From Candidatus Oxydemutatoraceae bacterium (GTDB lineage Bacteria > Pseudomonadota > Gammaproteobacteria > Poriferisulfidales > Oxydemutatoraceae), in the NCBI GenBank assembly GCA_965219575.1, contig OZ244779.1:460769-524768 (forward strand): a DNA stretch of 64,000 nt, read 5' to 3'. The translations under genes and the position numbers were made by a program. Each line of letters starts with the position of its first letter. Position 1 is the stretch's first letter. The notes beneath the pieces were generated by a model that was given only the letters and a program-made list of their open reading frames with translations, ran no database searches and was not told where the DNA came from. Shown piece after piece: positions 20,427 to 31,113 of this stretch.

Positions 20427-21296
20427 ATGTTTAATTTTAAGAAAAAGCTATTTTGTCTTTTATGTGTCGGTTTGTCTCTAATCGTTGTTAGTTTTAGTTC
20501 GTTTGTTCATGCAGACAATCATGACGATGACGAAGCGGGCGTTTCCGCCGAGTTAGAATTATTTTTTAGCAACAGATTTGTAGAAGAGGGTATCGTTGAG
20601 GTGCCGGGACGCGCAGTATTCACACCGGAACTCGAGATCGAATTTGAAGGATTGGAAATCGGAGATTTTGAAGTGCCGAGTTTCTTTATCGAAACCGAGT
20701 TAGTGGTTCTAGAGCTAGGAGAATCGGGCAGTTTTCGCGAATCCGAGTTAACCATAGGTAAGGAGTGGGAGTGGAATGATTACAGTATGACACTCGGCTA
20801 TACTTGGGTATATGAGAATGAAGGAGACGAGGAGGAAGAGAACGGTAATGGTGACGGGAACGGTGACGGTGCCATGGATGAAGACGAAGAAGAGGAAGAA
20901 CCTAACGATCACGAGTTTTTCTTGAGCCTATCATGCGACGCATGTTTGCCTTTTGAGATTAATCCGGACTTGTCTTATACATACTCTACAGAAGCGGACG
21001 GTGGTATGGTTGAAGTTGAACTAGCAAGAGAAATAGAGATGGAGCGTTTCAGCATAGAGCCTTATGTAGGTGCCTTGATTGATCTCGGTTATGTTACCGA
21101 TGAATACGACGGGCTAAATAATATATATATTGGTTTAGCGGTCACCGTACCGTTGACCGACTCGGTTAGTTTGGGGGCGTATGCTACACACTCCTTTGCC
21201 GAGGAAAATCTCCGTCGCGAACGCAACAACCCGGACGCAGAAGGAGAATATGACGATCAAACATGGGCCGGCATCGGTTTAGAATTTGAAATGTAA
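20427..21296 (+). CDS. Very acidic putative outer-membrane beta-barrel protein
   Basis: AGGAG RBS, signal peptide, alternating-residue beta strands, D/E-rich loop, C-terminal strand WAGIGLEFEM. Confidence 0.6.
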   Translation: MFNFKKKLFCLLCVGLSLIVVSFSSFVHADNHDDDEAGVSAELELFFSNRFVEEGIVEVPGRAVFTPELEIEFEGLEIGDFEVPSFFIETELVVLELGESGSFRESELTIGKEWEWNDYSMTLGYTWVYENEGDEEEENGNGDGNGDGAMDEDEEEEEPNDHEFFLSLSCDACLPFEINPDLSYTYSTEADGGMVEVELAREIEMERFSIEPYVGALIDLGYVTDEYDGLNNIYIGLAVTVPLTDSVSLGAYATHSFAEENLRRERNNPDAEGEYDDQTWAGIGLEFEM

Positions 21297-21336
21297 GCAA
21301 CATGTCCCCCCTCTAAATATTTAGGAGATATTCATC

Positions 21337-22572
21337 ATGTGTGAAAACAACCCCTTCTTATTACAGCCTAAACATTCACGGCTGCTGATTCAATATGTCA
21401 TCGCCATGATTTGCCTATTCGGGTTTATCGCGGTGGCGACTGCCCAACAAACCGTCAGAAATATTGACATCGCCTATATCAAAAAAGAGACCGAGGTATT
21501 GCCCAAAATGTCCAATATAGAACTACCGCCCGAAGATGACGGTATGTTCGGTGGTATGCAAGGTATAAAAGACAGCAATACGACCGGAAAATTCTTAGGT
21601 CATAACTACACGCTCAAATCGGTCATCCTCGGCGAAGACGATGAGGTGGCGAAAGCCCTTGACGACTTGTTCAAGCAAGGCATACGACATTTTGTCGTCA
21701 ATCTGGATGCCGAGGAGCTGCTTGCCACAGCCGATTCCGAACAAGGCAAACAATCGTGGTTTTATAATATCGACGCAGACGACGATTTTTTACGCACCGA
21801 ACAATGCCGGCAAAATATCTTCCACTTCACACCGAGCCATGCAATGCGTGCCGACGCACTCGCTCAGTATCTGATCGTCAAAAAATGGAGCAGATGGTTT
21901 TTGATAGAAGGGAAGAGAAAATCGGATGCCGGTTTTGCGGCAGCATTGAGGCGCGCAGCGAAAAAGTTCGGTGGAAAAATCGTGGCCGAGAAGAAGTGGG
22001 ACTTTGATACCGCCGACATGCGCCGCACCGCAGCTTCGACCGTGCCGGTCTTCACTCAAGATGCACCGGATTACGATGTGCTGATCGTTGCCGATATGGT
22101 CGGAGAGTTCGGCGAATACTTGATGTATAAGACCTGGGAACCTATGGTCGTGGCAGGCTCGCAAGGAATGATACCGGTCACTTGGCACAGAGCGCACGAA
22201 CAGTGGGGAGCTGCACAAATACAAAAACGTTTTCACAACAACTTTGAACGCTATATGTCGGAAAAAGATTACGGTGTATGGTCGGCAATACGCAGCATAA
22301 GCGAAGCCGTCACTCGCTCGCAATCGGTAGACAACAACGATATAGCGGCGTATATCGTCAGCGATAAATTTGAACTCGCGGGATATAAAGGACAACCGAT
22401 GACATTCCGCCCTTGGAACCAACAACTACGCCAGCCGATATTACTGGTGTCGCCGACCTCATTGGTCTCGGTTTCCCCTCAAAACCAGTTTCTTCATCAA
22501 AGATCCCAGTTGGATACAATGGGTTTTGATGATTACGAAGTGGAGTGCAAACTCAATGAAGTTAAACAATGA
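21337..22572 (+). CDS. ABC substrate-binding protein of PQQ-dependent alcohol dehydrogenase system (PedA1-like)
   Basis: DSNTTGKFLG, MRADALAQYL..KKW, WHRAHEQWGAAQ, FRPWNQQLRQP. Confidence 0.88.
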   Translation: MCENNPFLLQPKHSRLLIQYVIAMICLFGFIAVATAQQTVRNIDIAYIKKETEVLPKMSNIELPPEDDGMFGGMQGIKDSNTTGKFLGHNYTLKSVILGEDDEVAKALDDLFKQGIRHFVVNLDAEELLATADSEQGKQSWFYNIDADDDFLRTEQCRQNIFHFTPSHAMRADALAQYLIVKKWSRWFLIEGKRKSDAGFAAALRRAAKKFGGKIVAEKKWDFDTADMRRTAASTVPVFTQDAPDYDVLIVADMVGEFGEYLMYKTWEPMVVAGSQGMIPVTWHRAHEQWGAAQIQKRFHNNFERYMSEKDYGVWSAIRSISEAVTRSQSVDNNDIAAYIVSDKFELAGYKGQPMTFRPWNQQLRQPILLVSPTSLVSVSPQNQFLHQRSQLDTMGFDDYEVECKLNEVKQ

Positions 22573-23567
22573 CAGGAGGTAATAAAATGTCTTATTTTTT
22601 AATTAATCTAAAGCGGATGGTATTTTTCACACTTATTTTGTGTAGTCCACTTTTGTTTGCGGAAACAATTTATGTTTCCAACGAAAAAGATAATACGCTC
22701 AGTATTATCGACGGTGAATCACTAGAAGTGATCAAGACCGTCAAGGTCGGGCAACGGCCGCGTGGGCTTATTATGGGTAGAGAGCAAAAGTTTCTTTATA
22801 TCTGTGCAAGCGACGACGATACGATCCAAATACTCGATTTGGCTACCCACGAAATAGTCGGCAATTTGCCCTCCGGTCCCGATCCCGAACTGATGGCGAT
22901 CTCTCCGGACAACACAACGATCTATGTTGCCAACGAGGATGATGCCAAGGTTTCGATCGTCGATATCGCCTCGAAAAAAATCGTTGCGGAAATAGAGGTC
23001 GGTGAGGAGCCCGAGGGTGTGGGCGTTAGTCCCGACGGCAAAACAGTTGTTGTTACATCGGAGACGAGCAATATGGCACACTTTCTGGATGTCGCAAGCC
23101 GCGAATTGACTGCTAATGTGCTGGTCGGAACACGACCGCGTTTTGCCGAATTTACACACGACGGTAAGCAAGTCTGGGTGTCGGCCGAACTCGGCAGCAC
23201 AGTCAGCGTGATTGACGCAGAGAACCCTGAAATAATAAAGAATATTGAATTTCCGATCCCCGGTCTGAAGAAAGAGGAAATACAGCCGGTCGGTGTGCGC
23301 ATCACCGATGACGACAAGTATGCATTCGTAGCACTAGGACCTGCGAGCCGTGTTGCCGTAGTAGATGTACAAAACCTTGAAGTGGAGAAATATCTACTGG
23401 TCGGCAGACGGGTTTGGCAGTTGGATTTCAACGCCGACGAAACCAGAGTATACACGACGAACGGTGTCAGCAACGACATATCGGTTATAGATGTTGAAAG
23501 CCAAAAGGTAATAAAATCTATAGCAGTCGGAAATTATCCTTGGGGTGTGGCAATCAAAGACAGCTGA
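22569..23567 (+). CDS. YVTN beta-propeller protein, PQQ-catabolism associated (PedA2-like)
   Basis: YVSNEKDN, VGQRPRG, SGPDPE, EPEG, RPRFAEF, PWGV repeats; start may be 22587. Confidence 0.88.
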   Translation: MTGGNKMSYFLINLKRMVFFTLILCSPLLFAETIYVSNEKDNTLSIIDGESLEVIKTVKVGQRPRGLIMGREQKFLYICASDDDTIQILDLATHEIVGNLPSGPDPELMAISPDNTTIYVANEDDAKVSIVDIASKKIVAEIEVGEEPEGVGVSPDGKTVVVTSETSNMAHFLDVASRELTANVLVGTRPRFAEFTHDGKQVWVSAELGSTVSVIDAENPEIIKNIEFPIPGLKKEEIQPVGVRITDDDKYAFVALGPASRVAVVDVQNLEVEKYLLVGRRVWQLDFNADETRVYTTNGVSNDISVIDVESQKVIKSIAVGNYPWGVAIKDS

Positions 23568-23909
23568 TTGTAGGGGCGGACTTATATGTCCGCCCGTGAC
23601 GCGTTGGTCGGCACGATTTATACATTCATTCACCCGATTTATGGAAACCAAAACCACACGGCGCAAGCGGTTGTGGCGTATCTGCACAAGGCACAGTGTC
23701 GGTACATTCCCCTCCTGTGGAGGGGTGGCAGGCGAAGCCTGACGGGGTGGTTGTGTCGTATCTGCATGATTTATACATTCATTCATCCAATTTATGGAAA
23801 CCATTATTTACTGGCGCAGGGCGGTTGGATTTGTACGATGTCCGCACTTTTTCAACAGTCCCAGCGTATCTGCACGCGAGCGGTTGTGGTTATTCCGAAC
23901 GGTACTTTG
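23568..23909. repeat. Mosaic REP/MITE repeat inside the ped-like operon
   Basis: GTAGGGGCGGAC..GTCCGCCC, CCCCTCCTGTGGAGGGG and TTTTCAACAGTCCC modules. Confidence 0.85.
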
Positions 23910-23999
23910 AGTTATGTATAATAGCTTGCTTATGAAATAATACCTTATGCGCACATCACGGTGCGCTGCGTTTTTATACTTTGAATTAGTGGTAATACA

Positions 24000-24722
24000 T
24001 TGTCTTTGCAAGAAATTCTAAAAGTTGACGGAGTTAGCTATAACTACGGAGCAATCAAGGCACTCGATGCGATTAGCTTCTCGGTTGCTGCCGGTCAATT
24101 CACCATACTATTAGGCCCCAACGGTGCCGGGAAGACGACATTATTTTCTCTGATTACCGGTCTTTACCATAGCCGTCGTGGGCAAATTTCTATCTGTGGT
24201 TGTGCGATGCACAAAAAGCCATCCAAAGCCTTAGTGCAACTCGGTGTGGTTTTTCAGCAACGCTCTTTGGATATGGATTTAAGCATACGCCAGAATCTTA
24301 AGTATTCGGCGCACTTGTATGGTCTGTCTTCCCAGGAGGGTATGGCACGCGCAGCCCGAGAACTTGAGCGTATCGGGATGACCGATCGAATGGACACCAA
24401 AATCAGGTATCTCAGTGGCGGGCAAATGCGACGCGTAGAGATTGCACGCGCCCTAATCAACAAACCCAAATTACTGATTCTGGACGAACCCACCGTAGGT
24501 TTAGATGTGCAGAGCCGTGAACTGATTATCAAGCACGTACGCAAAATGTGCAGCGAGGGTTTGTCGGTATTATGGACTACGCATCTGCTCGACGAGGTTC
24601 AAGCCGACGACCACATGCTGATACTCAAAAAAGGTATGATTGCAATGCGCGGTAGTGCCGAACAACTAACCGGCACCGACGAAGCCATTGCGATGAGAAA
24701 AAAATTAGCCGCCCTTCTGTAG
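24000..24722 (+). CDS. ABC transporter ATP-binding protein (PedB-like)
   Basis: GPNGAGKT, LSGGQMRR, ILDEPTVGLD. Confidence 0.88.
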   Translation: MSLQEILKVDGVSYNYGAIKALDAISFSVAAGQFTILLGPNGAGKTTLFSLITGLYHSRRGQISICGCAMHKKPSKALVQLGVVFQQRSLDMDLSIRQNLKYSAHLYGLSSQEGMARAARELERIGMTDRMDTKIRYLSGGQMRRVEIARALINKPKLLILDEPTVGLDVQSRELIIKHVRKMCSEGLSVLWTTHLLDEVQADDHMLILKKGMIAMRGSAEQLTGTDEAIAMRKKLAALL

Positions 24723-24729
24723 GATAGCG

Positions 24730-25554
24730 ATGAATCGGATTACTACAAAATTAACACCGCTTAGCTATTTTTATTTTTTCTTTGGCATCGTCGAGCGCGA
24801 GGTATTGCGTTTTCTGCAACAACGCGAGCGCTTTGTCGCTGCGTTGGTACGTCCTCTGGTGTGGCTGTTCATATTCGCTGCCGGTTTTCGCTCGGTATTG
24901 GGCGTATCCATTATTCCACCTTATCAAACCTATGTGCTTTACGAGGAATACATTACGCCGGGATTAATCGGCATGATCCAGTTGTTCAGTGGGATGCAAA
25001 CTTCTTTGTCTATGGTCTACGATCGCGAGATGGGTAGCATGAGAATTCTACTGACCAGCCCGGCACCGCGCTGGTTTTTGTTGGTCAATAAATTATTGGC
25101 CGGCACGGTCATCTCGATACTACAGGTTTATGTGTTTCTTGCAATCGCCTGGTTTTGGGAAATACGCCCACCCACTTTAGGTTATTTAACACTGCTGCCG
25201 ACGCTGCTACTGACCGGGTTTATGTTGAGTGCTATCGGGTTATTTATATCGTCGGTGATCAAACAGTTGGAAAACTTTGCCGGAATTATGAATTTCGTTA
25301 TATTCCCGATGTTTTTTGCCTCTTCGGCACTCTATCCTTTATGGCGCATCAAGGAGTCCAGTGTGCTACTGCACGATATTTGTTTATACAACCCGTTCAC
25401 CCATATCGTCGAATTAATCCGCTTTGCACTTTATTCGGAGTTCAACACTCAGGCTTTCCTGATCGTTGTAGGTGTTGCCGTACTATTCATGACGATGGCG
25501 GTGTACGGTTACGACCCCCGTCGCGGTGTGTTGGGTACACGCCGCAAACGGTAG
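24730..25554 (+). CDS. ABC-2 permease (PedC-like)
   Basis: REVLRFLQQRERF..ALVRPLVW, VYDREMGSM, QLENFAG. Confidence 0.88.
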   Translation: MNRITTKLTPLSYFYFFFGIVEREVLRFLQQRERFVAALVRPLVWLFIFAAGFRSVLGVSIIPPYQTYVLYEEYITPGLIGMIQLFSGMQTSLSMVYDREMGSMRILLTSPAPRWFLLVNKLLAGTVISILQVYVFLAIAWFWEIRPPTLGYLTLLPTLLLTGFMLSAIGLFISSVIKQLENFAGIMNFVIFPMFFASSALYPLWRIKESSVLLHDICLYNPFTHIVELIRFALYSEFNTQAFLIVVGVAVLFMTMAVYGYDPRRGVLGTRRKR

Positions 25555-25566
25555 ACCTATATCGAT

Positions 25567-25900
25567 ACTAGGGGCGGACCATTCCCCTCCTGTGGAGGGA
25601 TGGTCGGTGCAGCCTGACGGGGGGGGGCGCAGAAATGGCACTGTTGAAAAAGTATCGTCAGCTTGCAACCGTAACCGCTTGCGCCATGAACATTTGCAAA
25701 CCGCCGTAGGGGCGGACTTGCATGTCCGCCCGTGATGCGTTGGTTGGCACGATTTATACATTCATTCACCCGATTTATGGAAACCAAAACCAAATGGCGC
25801 AAGCGGTTGGTGTCATGCAGAAAAAGTATCCACGAACCGTAGGGGCGGTACATTCCCCTCCTTCGGAGGGGTGGCAGGCGAAGCCTGACGGGGTGGTTAC
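25567..25900. repeat. Mosaic REP/MITE repeat
   Basis: Same modules as the other copies. Confidence 0.85.
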
Positions 25901-25906
25901 AACCGT

Positions 25907-26607
25907 TGACATTTTCCCAAAATTTAGTATCAATGTTAAAGTTAGTTTTTCCGATAAACTAGAGAAGTTAAAAACATTACAGGAGAACTTAATATGAGCA
26001 GAAAGCGGTTTAGTGAAGAACAAATCATTAAGGCATTAAAGTCAAACGAAGCCGGCATGAAGGTAGTAGATATCTGTCGCAAGCTCGGCATTGCCGAGCA
26101 GACATTTTATCGCTGGCGTAGCAAATATAATGGCATGGAAGTATCAGATGCCAAACGCCTGAAAAAGCTTGAAGCCGAGAATAGGAAGCTCAAGAGGCTA
26201 TTGGCTGAATCGGTGGCGAAGCGTGAAACACTAGAGGAAGTTTTATCAAAAAAGTGGTAAAGCCGGCGCAGCGCAAGCAGATTGTAAAAGATCTAGTAAG
26301 CGAGGGTCGGCATAGTGAATGCACCGCCTGCAAACTTGCCGGTGTCAGTCGCAGTGCTTATCGCTATCAGGGCAAGCAAGCCGATAAAGATCGCGAACTG
26401 GAAGCCGCGTTATTGGAGAAGGCAAAGCAGTATCCGCATTATGGCTATAAGAGGCTACATGCGCTTCTAAAAAGCGAAGGACGGGTCGTCAATGTGAAGC
26501 GTACCTATAGGCTTTATAAGAAACTTGGGCTTGAATTGAGAACAGAAAAGACGCAAAAAGCTGTGTCGTCCGCGTTGCGTGTCGACAACACCGGCAAGGG
26601 TGAATAA
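25907..26607 (+). mobile_element. Truncated IS3-family (IS407-group-like) element: orfA 25994-26260, frameshifted and truncated orfB
   Basis: Left end TGACATTTTCCCAAAATTTAG; orfA RFSEEQII; AAAAAAG frameshift window; similar to the full copy at 60721-61934 but cut at 26608 by a MITE. Confidence 0.9.
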
Positions 26608-26609
26608 GT

Positions 26610-26892
26610 GGGGCTGTTGAAAAAGTATCGTCAGCGTGCAACCGTAACCGCTTGCGCCGTGAATTTATAATAACCACCAAGCCGTAGGGGCAGTATAAAG
26701 CCGCCGATTGAGCCGGTAGGTCAATCGGCAACTCTGATGTCTGCCCCTACAGGTGGTTTGCAAATATTCACGGCGCATAGCGATTGGGTTTGAGCGATAA
26801 CCTCACTTTTTCAACAGCCCCAGCGTATTCTGCACAACGTTATGCCGATGACCCACTGCTTAGATCGGTAGTCCCACCGGCTTAATCGGCGG
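26610..26892. repeat. MITE-like element (26610-26821) plus palindromic tail
   Basis: TIRs GGGGCTGTTGAAAAAGT / ACTTTTTCAACAGCCCC. Confidence 0.85.
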
Positions 26893-26969
26893 TTCTATTT
26901 TCCAATAAACCCATATATAATAACCAGTTTGACATTCGCAATCCTTAACAGCAACGCAAGGAGCATAAA

Positions 26970-28940
26970 ATGACAGCAGCAGAGAAACAGGAAAGTTTAG
27001 AAACACAGGAAGAACAGAAACTAACTTTTAGGCGTTATGAAGACGGCGACCATAAGTGGGATAACTTTTCCAGCCAGATATTCAGTGCCGACCACTCGCC
27101 TAAATGCCCGACCTACGTACATAGAACACCACCGTGCCAAGGTAGCTGCCCCTCGGGCGAGGATATTCGTGGCTGGCTTGCCATTGTCCGCGGCATAGAA
27201 AAACCACCCGAAGGCACCTCAATGCAAGAATATGCATTTGAACGCTCGACAACCGCCAACCCCTTCCCGTCGATGATGGGACGAGTGTGTCCGGCACCGT
27301 GCCAAGACGGCTGCAACCGCAACCATGTAGAAGACTTCGTAGGTATCAATGCGGTTGAACAATATATAGGCGATACCGCAATAGAACAAGACTTCAAGTT
27401 TGACTGCGACCTCCCGTTGGGCGACAAAAAAGTCGCAATCATAGGTGGCGGCCCTGCCGGTCTCTCGGCAGCATATCAACTACGCCGCAGAGGCTACGGT
27501 AGCACCATCTTCGACGAACACGAAGAACTCGGCGGCATGATGCGCTACGGCATCCCCGGCTATAGAACCCCGCGCAAACTATTGGATGCCGAGATCCAAC
27601 GCATCCTAGATATGGGCGGCATAGACACCCGTATGTCCACCCGAGTCGGCAAAGATGTCGGCGTTGAAGATATAGAAAAAGAGTTTGACGCAATTATCTG
27701 GTGCTTGGGTTGCCAAGTCGGTCGCGCCCTGCCGGTGCCGGGCGGCGACGCACCGAACTGCGTTAGCGGTGTGAAGTTTTTGGAAGCCTTTAACGAAGGA
27801 CGGCTACATGTAACATCCGATAAAGTCATTTGCGTAGGCGGCGGCGATACCTCCATAGATGTAGTCTCGGTGGCACGTCGTTTGGGCAAAATAGAAAGAC
27901 TTTCCGGCAAGCAACGACCCGAACACATCATCGGCGGCTATACCGCACACGACTCCGCCTTTGCCGCAGCACGCGAAGGTGCCGAAGTGACCCTGACCTC
28001 GCTATTCGCCCAAAAGGATATGACCGCAAGCGAACACGAAGTGGAAGATGCCCTAAAAGAAGGTGTTACTATCCTCGACGGCGTGATGCCCGTAGAAGTA
28101 ATCTTGGCGGATAACGGCAAAGCCTCTAAATTGAGAATGGCAAAATGCGAAATGCAAGACGGCAAGCCCACACCGATAGAAGGCACCGAATTTGAAATAG
28201 AATGCGACCTCATCGTCTCGGCAATCGGACAAGGCGGCGACCTCGAAGGCTTGGAAGAATTCGACAACGGTCGCGGACTGATGGATGTAGACAAATTCTA
28301 TGCACTGCCCGACAAAGAAGGACACTTCGCCGCCGGCGACATTATCCGCCCGCACCTGCTGACTACGGCAATCGGACAAGCCTCTATTGCCGTTGAAGGC
28401 GTAGACTACTACCTGCGCCAAGGCGAAATGAAAAAACGACCCAAAGTAGATGTGCATCACTTCGACCTGCTCGCCAAACTCAAAGAAAACGGCCTTGACC
28501 CGACCTCGTTTGAAGGCGGCGAACCCCGCGGCACCGATGCTTCCGATTTCTCGGTGCATAACTACGAAGACCGCTCGGCACAAGAAATCGCCTCTTACGA
28601 AAAGCTATTCCTCGCGCACTTCCCCTACACCCCCCGCTACCAACGCAAAACCTGCGGACCCGACGAGGAACAAGTGCTCGGACACTTCGAGGAACGCGTC
28701 ATCGGCTTGAACGAAGAAGAAGCAGTCAAAGAAGCCGAACGCTGTATGAGCTGCGGCATGTGCTTTGAATGTGACAACTGCGTCGTATTCTGCCCCCAAG
28801 ATGCAGTCTACAGAGTGGACAAAACAAAACAAACCCTCGGCCGCTATGTAGACACCTACTACGACCGCTGCATCGGCTGCCACATCTGCGCCGATGTCTG
28901 CCCCACCGGCTACATTGACATGGCATTGGGGGATCATTAA
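26970..28940 (+). CDS. dsrL: DsrL, iron-sulfur flavoprotein NAD(P)H oxidoreductase of the reverse Dsr pathway
   Basis: LTFRRYEDG, KCPTYVHRTPPCQGSCP, GRVCPAPC, GGGPAG, GGGDTSIDV, two C-terminal 4Fe-4S motifs; AGGAG RBS. Confidence 0.92.
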   Translation: MTAAEKQESLETQEEQKLTFRRYEDGDHKWDNFSSQIFSADHSPKCPTYVHRTPPCQGSCPSGEDIRGWLAIVRGIEKPPEGTSMQEYAFERSTTANPFPSMMGRVCPAPCQDGCNRNHVEDFVGINAVEQYIGDTAIEQDFKFDCDLPLGDKKVAIIGGGPAGLSAAYQLRRRGYGSTIFDEHEELGGMMRYGIPGYRTPRKLLDAEIQRILDMGGIDTRMSTRVGKDVGVEDIEKEFDAIIWCLGCQVGRALPVPGGDAPNCVSGVKFLEAFNEGRLHVTSDKVICVGGGDTSIDVVSVARRLGKIERLSGKQRPEHIIGGYTAHDSAFAAAREGAEVTLTSLFAQKDMTASEHEVEDALKEGVTILDGVMPVEVILADNGKASKLRMAKCEMQDGKPTPIEGTEFEIECDLIVSAIGQGGDLEGLEEFDNGRGLMDVDKFYALPDKEGHFAAGDIIRPHLLTTAIGQASIAVEGVDYYLRQGEMKKRPKVDVHHFDLLAKLKENGLDPTSFEGGEPRGTDASDFSVHNYEDRSAQEIASYEKLFLAHFPYTPRYQRKTCGPDEEQVLGHFEERVIGLNEEEAVKEAERCMSCGMCFECDNCVVFCPQDAVYRVDKTKQTLGRYVDTYYDRCIGCHICADVCPTGYIDMALGDH

Positions 28941-29085
28941 AAAAGACGGTGTAAATTAGGTTATGGCAAAATCGTTTAGTAAATTTGGGAAGGAATGTTA
29001 TAACGAGTTTGTCAGGCAGTACAGTATCCATTACTAGATATTGTGGGACAGAAAAAGCTACAGCACGAAGCCTTAAGAACCAAGC

Positions 29086-30063
29086 ATGGCAAATAACAGA
29101 AACCTTCATTCTGCCCATGCTGCAAAGAAAGATGAGTTCTATACTCAGCTATCCGATATAGAAAAGGAACTCCAATATTACAAAAAACATTTTCAAGGTA
29201 AGGTTGTCTATTGCAACTGTGATGATCCGAAAGTAAGTAAGTTTTTCCATTATTTTTCGTATAACTTTGAGAGTCTTGGTTTGAAAAAGCTCATTACGAC
29301 ATGTTACAAAAGCAAATATCAGGATATGTTTAGTAAGAACGACTCGGCACACGCTATCTGGTTAGAATATGATGGTGATAAGAACGAAAACAGAATTCCG
29401 GATCCGGAAGAGATTGGTATTTTCTCGCTAAAAGGTGACGGCGATTTTCGTAGCAAAGAATGTATTGATATTCTAAAGCAAGCCGACATAGTTTGTACTA
29501 ATCCACCTTTCTCGCTATTCCGTAAATATGTTGAGCAACTAATAAAATACGATAAGCAATTCCTTATCATCGGAAATATGAACGCCACTGGCTATAAAGA
29601 GATATTTCCGCTTTTCCGAGAAAATAAAATTTGGTACGGAGCGAGTATTAAGAGCGGGGATAGAGAGTTTGGTGTCCCAGAGCATTATCCTCTAACAGCA
29701 GCAACCTCTAGAGTTGATGCTAATGGAAACAAATATATTAGAGTAAAAGGAGTACGATGGTTCACAAATTTAGACCACAAAAAACGTCATGAAGAACTGA
29801 TTCTGCATAGGCGTTATTCGTCAAAGGAATATCCCATATACGATAATTATGATGCTATTAATGTGGATGAAACTGCCCTAATTCCAATGGATTGGAAGGG
29901 CGCAATGGGGGTACCAATTAGCTTCTTGGACAAGTATAATCCAGACCAGTTTGAGATAATCAAATTCAGAAAGGGAAACGATGAAAAAGATTTAAGTATA
30001 AATGGGAAATGTCCTTATTTGCGTATCCTCATTCGTAACAAAAAACCAGTCGCAATAAAATGA
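29086..30063 (+). CDS. Adenine-specific DNA methyltransferase, EcoRI family (copy 1)
   Basis: KKDEFYTQ, VYCNCDDP, GDGDFRS.EC, TNPPFSLFR, MGVPISFLDK. Confidence 0.9.
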   Translation: MANNRNLHSAHAAKKDEFYTQLSDIEKELQYYKKHFQGKVVYCNCDDPKVSKFFHYFSYNFESLGLKKLITTCYKSKYQDMFSKNDSAHAIWLEYDGDKNENRIPDPEEIGIFSLKGDGDFRSKECIDILKQADIVCTNPPFSLFRKYVEQLIKYDKQFLIIGNMNATGYKEIFPLFRENKIWYGASIKSGDREFGVPEHYPLTAATSRVDANGNKYIRVKGVRWFTNLDHKKRHEELILHRRYSSKEYPIYDNYDAINVDETALIPMDWKGAMGVPISFLDKYNPDQFEIIKFRKGNDEKDLSINGKCPYLRILIRNKKPVAIK

Positions 30064-30125
30064 AAATAGAATTCAAAGAAATAAGGGTGCGTGTATTTGT
30101 GGATAACTATAGCGTAAAGACTTGA
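30060..30125 (+). pseudogene. Truncated 5' remnant of the DUF262 gene
   Basis: MKIEFKEIRVRVFVDNYSVKT* resembles the start of 31110 (MKIELREITVRKLVDGY) and has the same ATGA overlap with an MTase stop. Confidence 0.75.
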
Positions 30126-30135
30126 GAGCATAAAT

Positions 30136-31113
30136 ATGGCGAATAACCAAAGCCTCCATTCGGCACATGCTGCAAAAAAAGATGAGTTCTACACTCAGCT
30201 ACCAGATATAGAAAAGGAACTCCAACATTACAAAAAACATTTCCGAGGCAAGGTTGTCTACTGCAACTGCGATGATCCGAAAGTAAGTAATTTTTTTCAT
30301 TATTTCTCGTATAATTTTGAGAATCTTGGTTTGAAGAAGCTTATTACGACATGTTACAAAAGCAAATATCAGGATATGTTCAGTAAAAACGACTCGGAAC
30401 AAGCTATCTGGTTAGAATATGATGGTGATAAGAACGAAAACAGAATTCCGGATCCGGAAGAAATTGGTATTTTCTCACTAAAAGGTGATGGAGATTTTCG
30501 TAGCAAAGAATGTATTGATCTTCTGAAGCAAGCCGACATTATTTGCACCAACCCCCCTTTTTCCTTGTTTAGAGAGTATGTGGCACAATTAATAGAATAC
30601 GACAAGAAGTTTCTAATTATTGGAAATCAAAACGCTATCACTTATAAAGAAATTTTTTCACTTATTAAGCAAAATAGAATATGGTTGGGCAACACAAAGG
30701 GAGATATGGAGTTTGCAGTTCCAGAGTATTATCCACCCAAGAAACATCGTTATAGGATGGATGAAAACGGAACAAAATTTTACAGTCTTGGAAATGCAAC
30801 ATGGTTTACGAATCTAGATATAGAGAAACGCCACGAAGAGTTAATTTTGTACAAAAAATACTACGAAAATAAGAGTGAATATCCAAGGTATGACAACTAC
30901 GATGCCATTGAAGTGAGCAGAGTAGAGTATATTCCTAAAGATTGGGATGGAGCGATGGGAGTTCCGATTACCTTTTTGGATAAACACAACCCAGACCAGT
31001 TTGATATAATCAAATTCAGAAAAGGAAATGATGAAAAAGATTTAAGTATAAATGGAGAATGTCCTTATTTTCGTATCCTTATTCGTAACAAGAAACCAGC
31101 TACAAAAAAATGA
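30136..31113 (+). CDS. Adenine-specific DNA methyltransferase, EcoRI family (copy 2)
   Basis: Same motifs as copy 1 (TNPPFSLFR); divergent central region. Confidence 0.9.
   Translation: MANNQSLHSAHAAKKDEFYTQLPDIEKELQHYKKHFRGKVVYCNCDDPKVSNFFHYFSYNFENLGLKKLITTCYKSKYQDMFSKNDSEQAIWLEYDGDKNENRIPDPEEIGIFSLKGDGDFRSKECIDLLKQADIICTNPPFSLFREYVAQLIEYDKKFLIIGNQNAITYKEIFSLIKQNRIWLGNTKGDMEFAVPEYYPPKKHRYRMDENGTKFYSLGNATWFTNLDIEKRHEELILYKKYYENKSEYPRYDNYDAIEVSRVEYIPKDWDGAMGVPITFLDKHNPDQFDIIKFRKGNDEKDLSINGECPYFRILIRNKKPATKK

Noticed and set aside
26970-28940. Glutamate synthase small subunit gltD
   Set aside because: The extra C-terminal ferredoxin domain and N-terminal TFRRY/KCPTY motifs fit DsrL; no gltB is adjacent.
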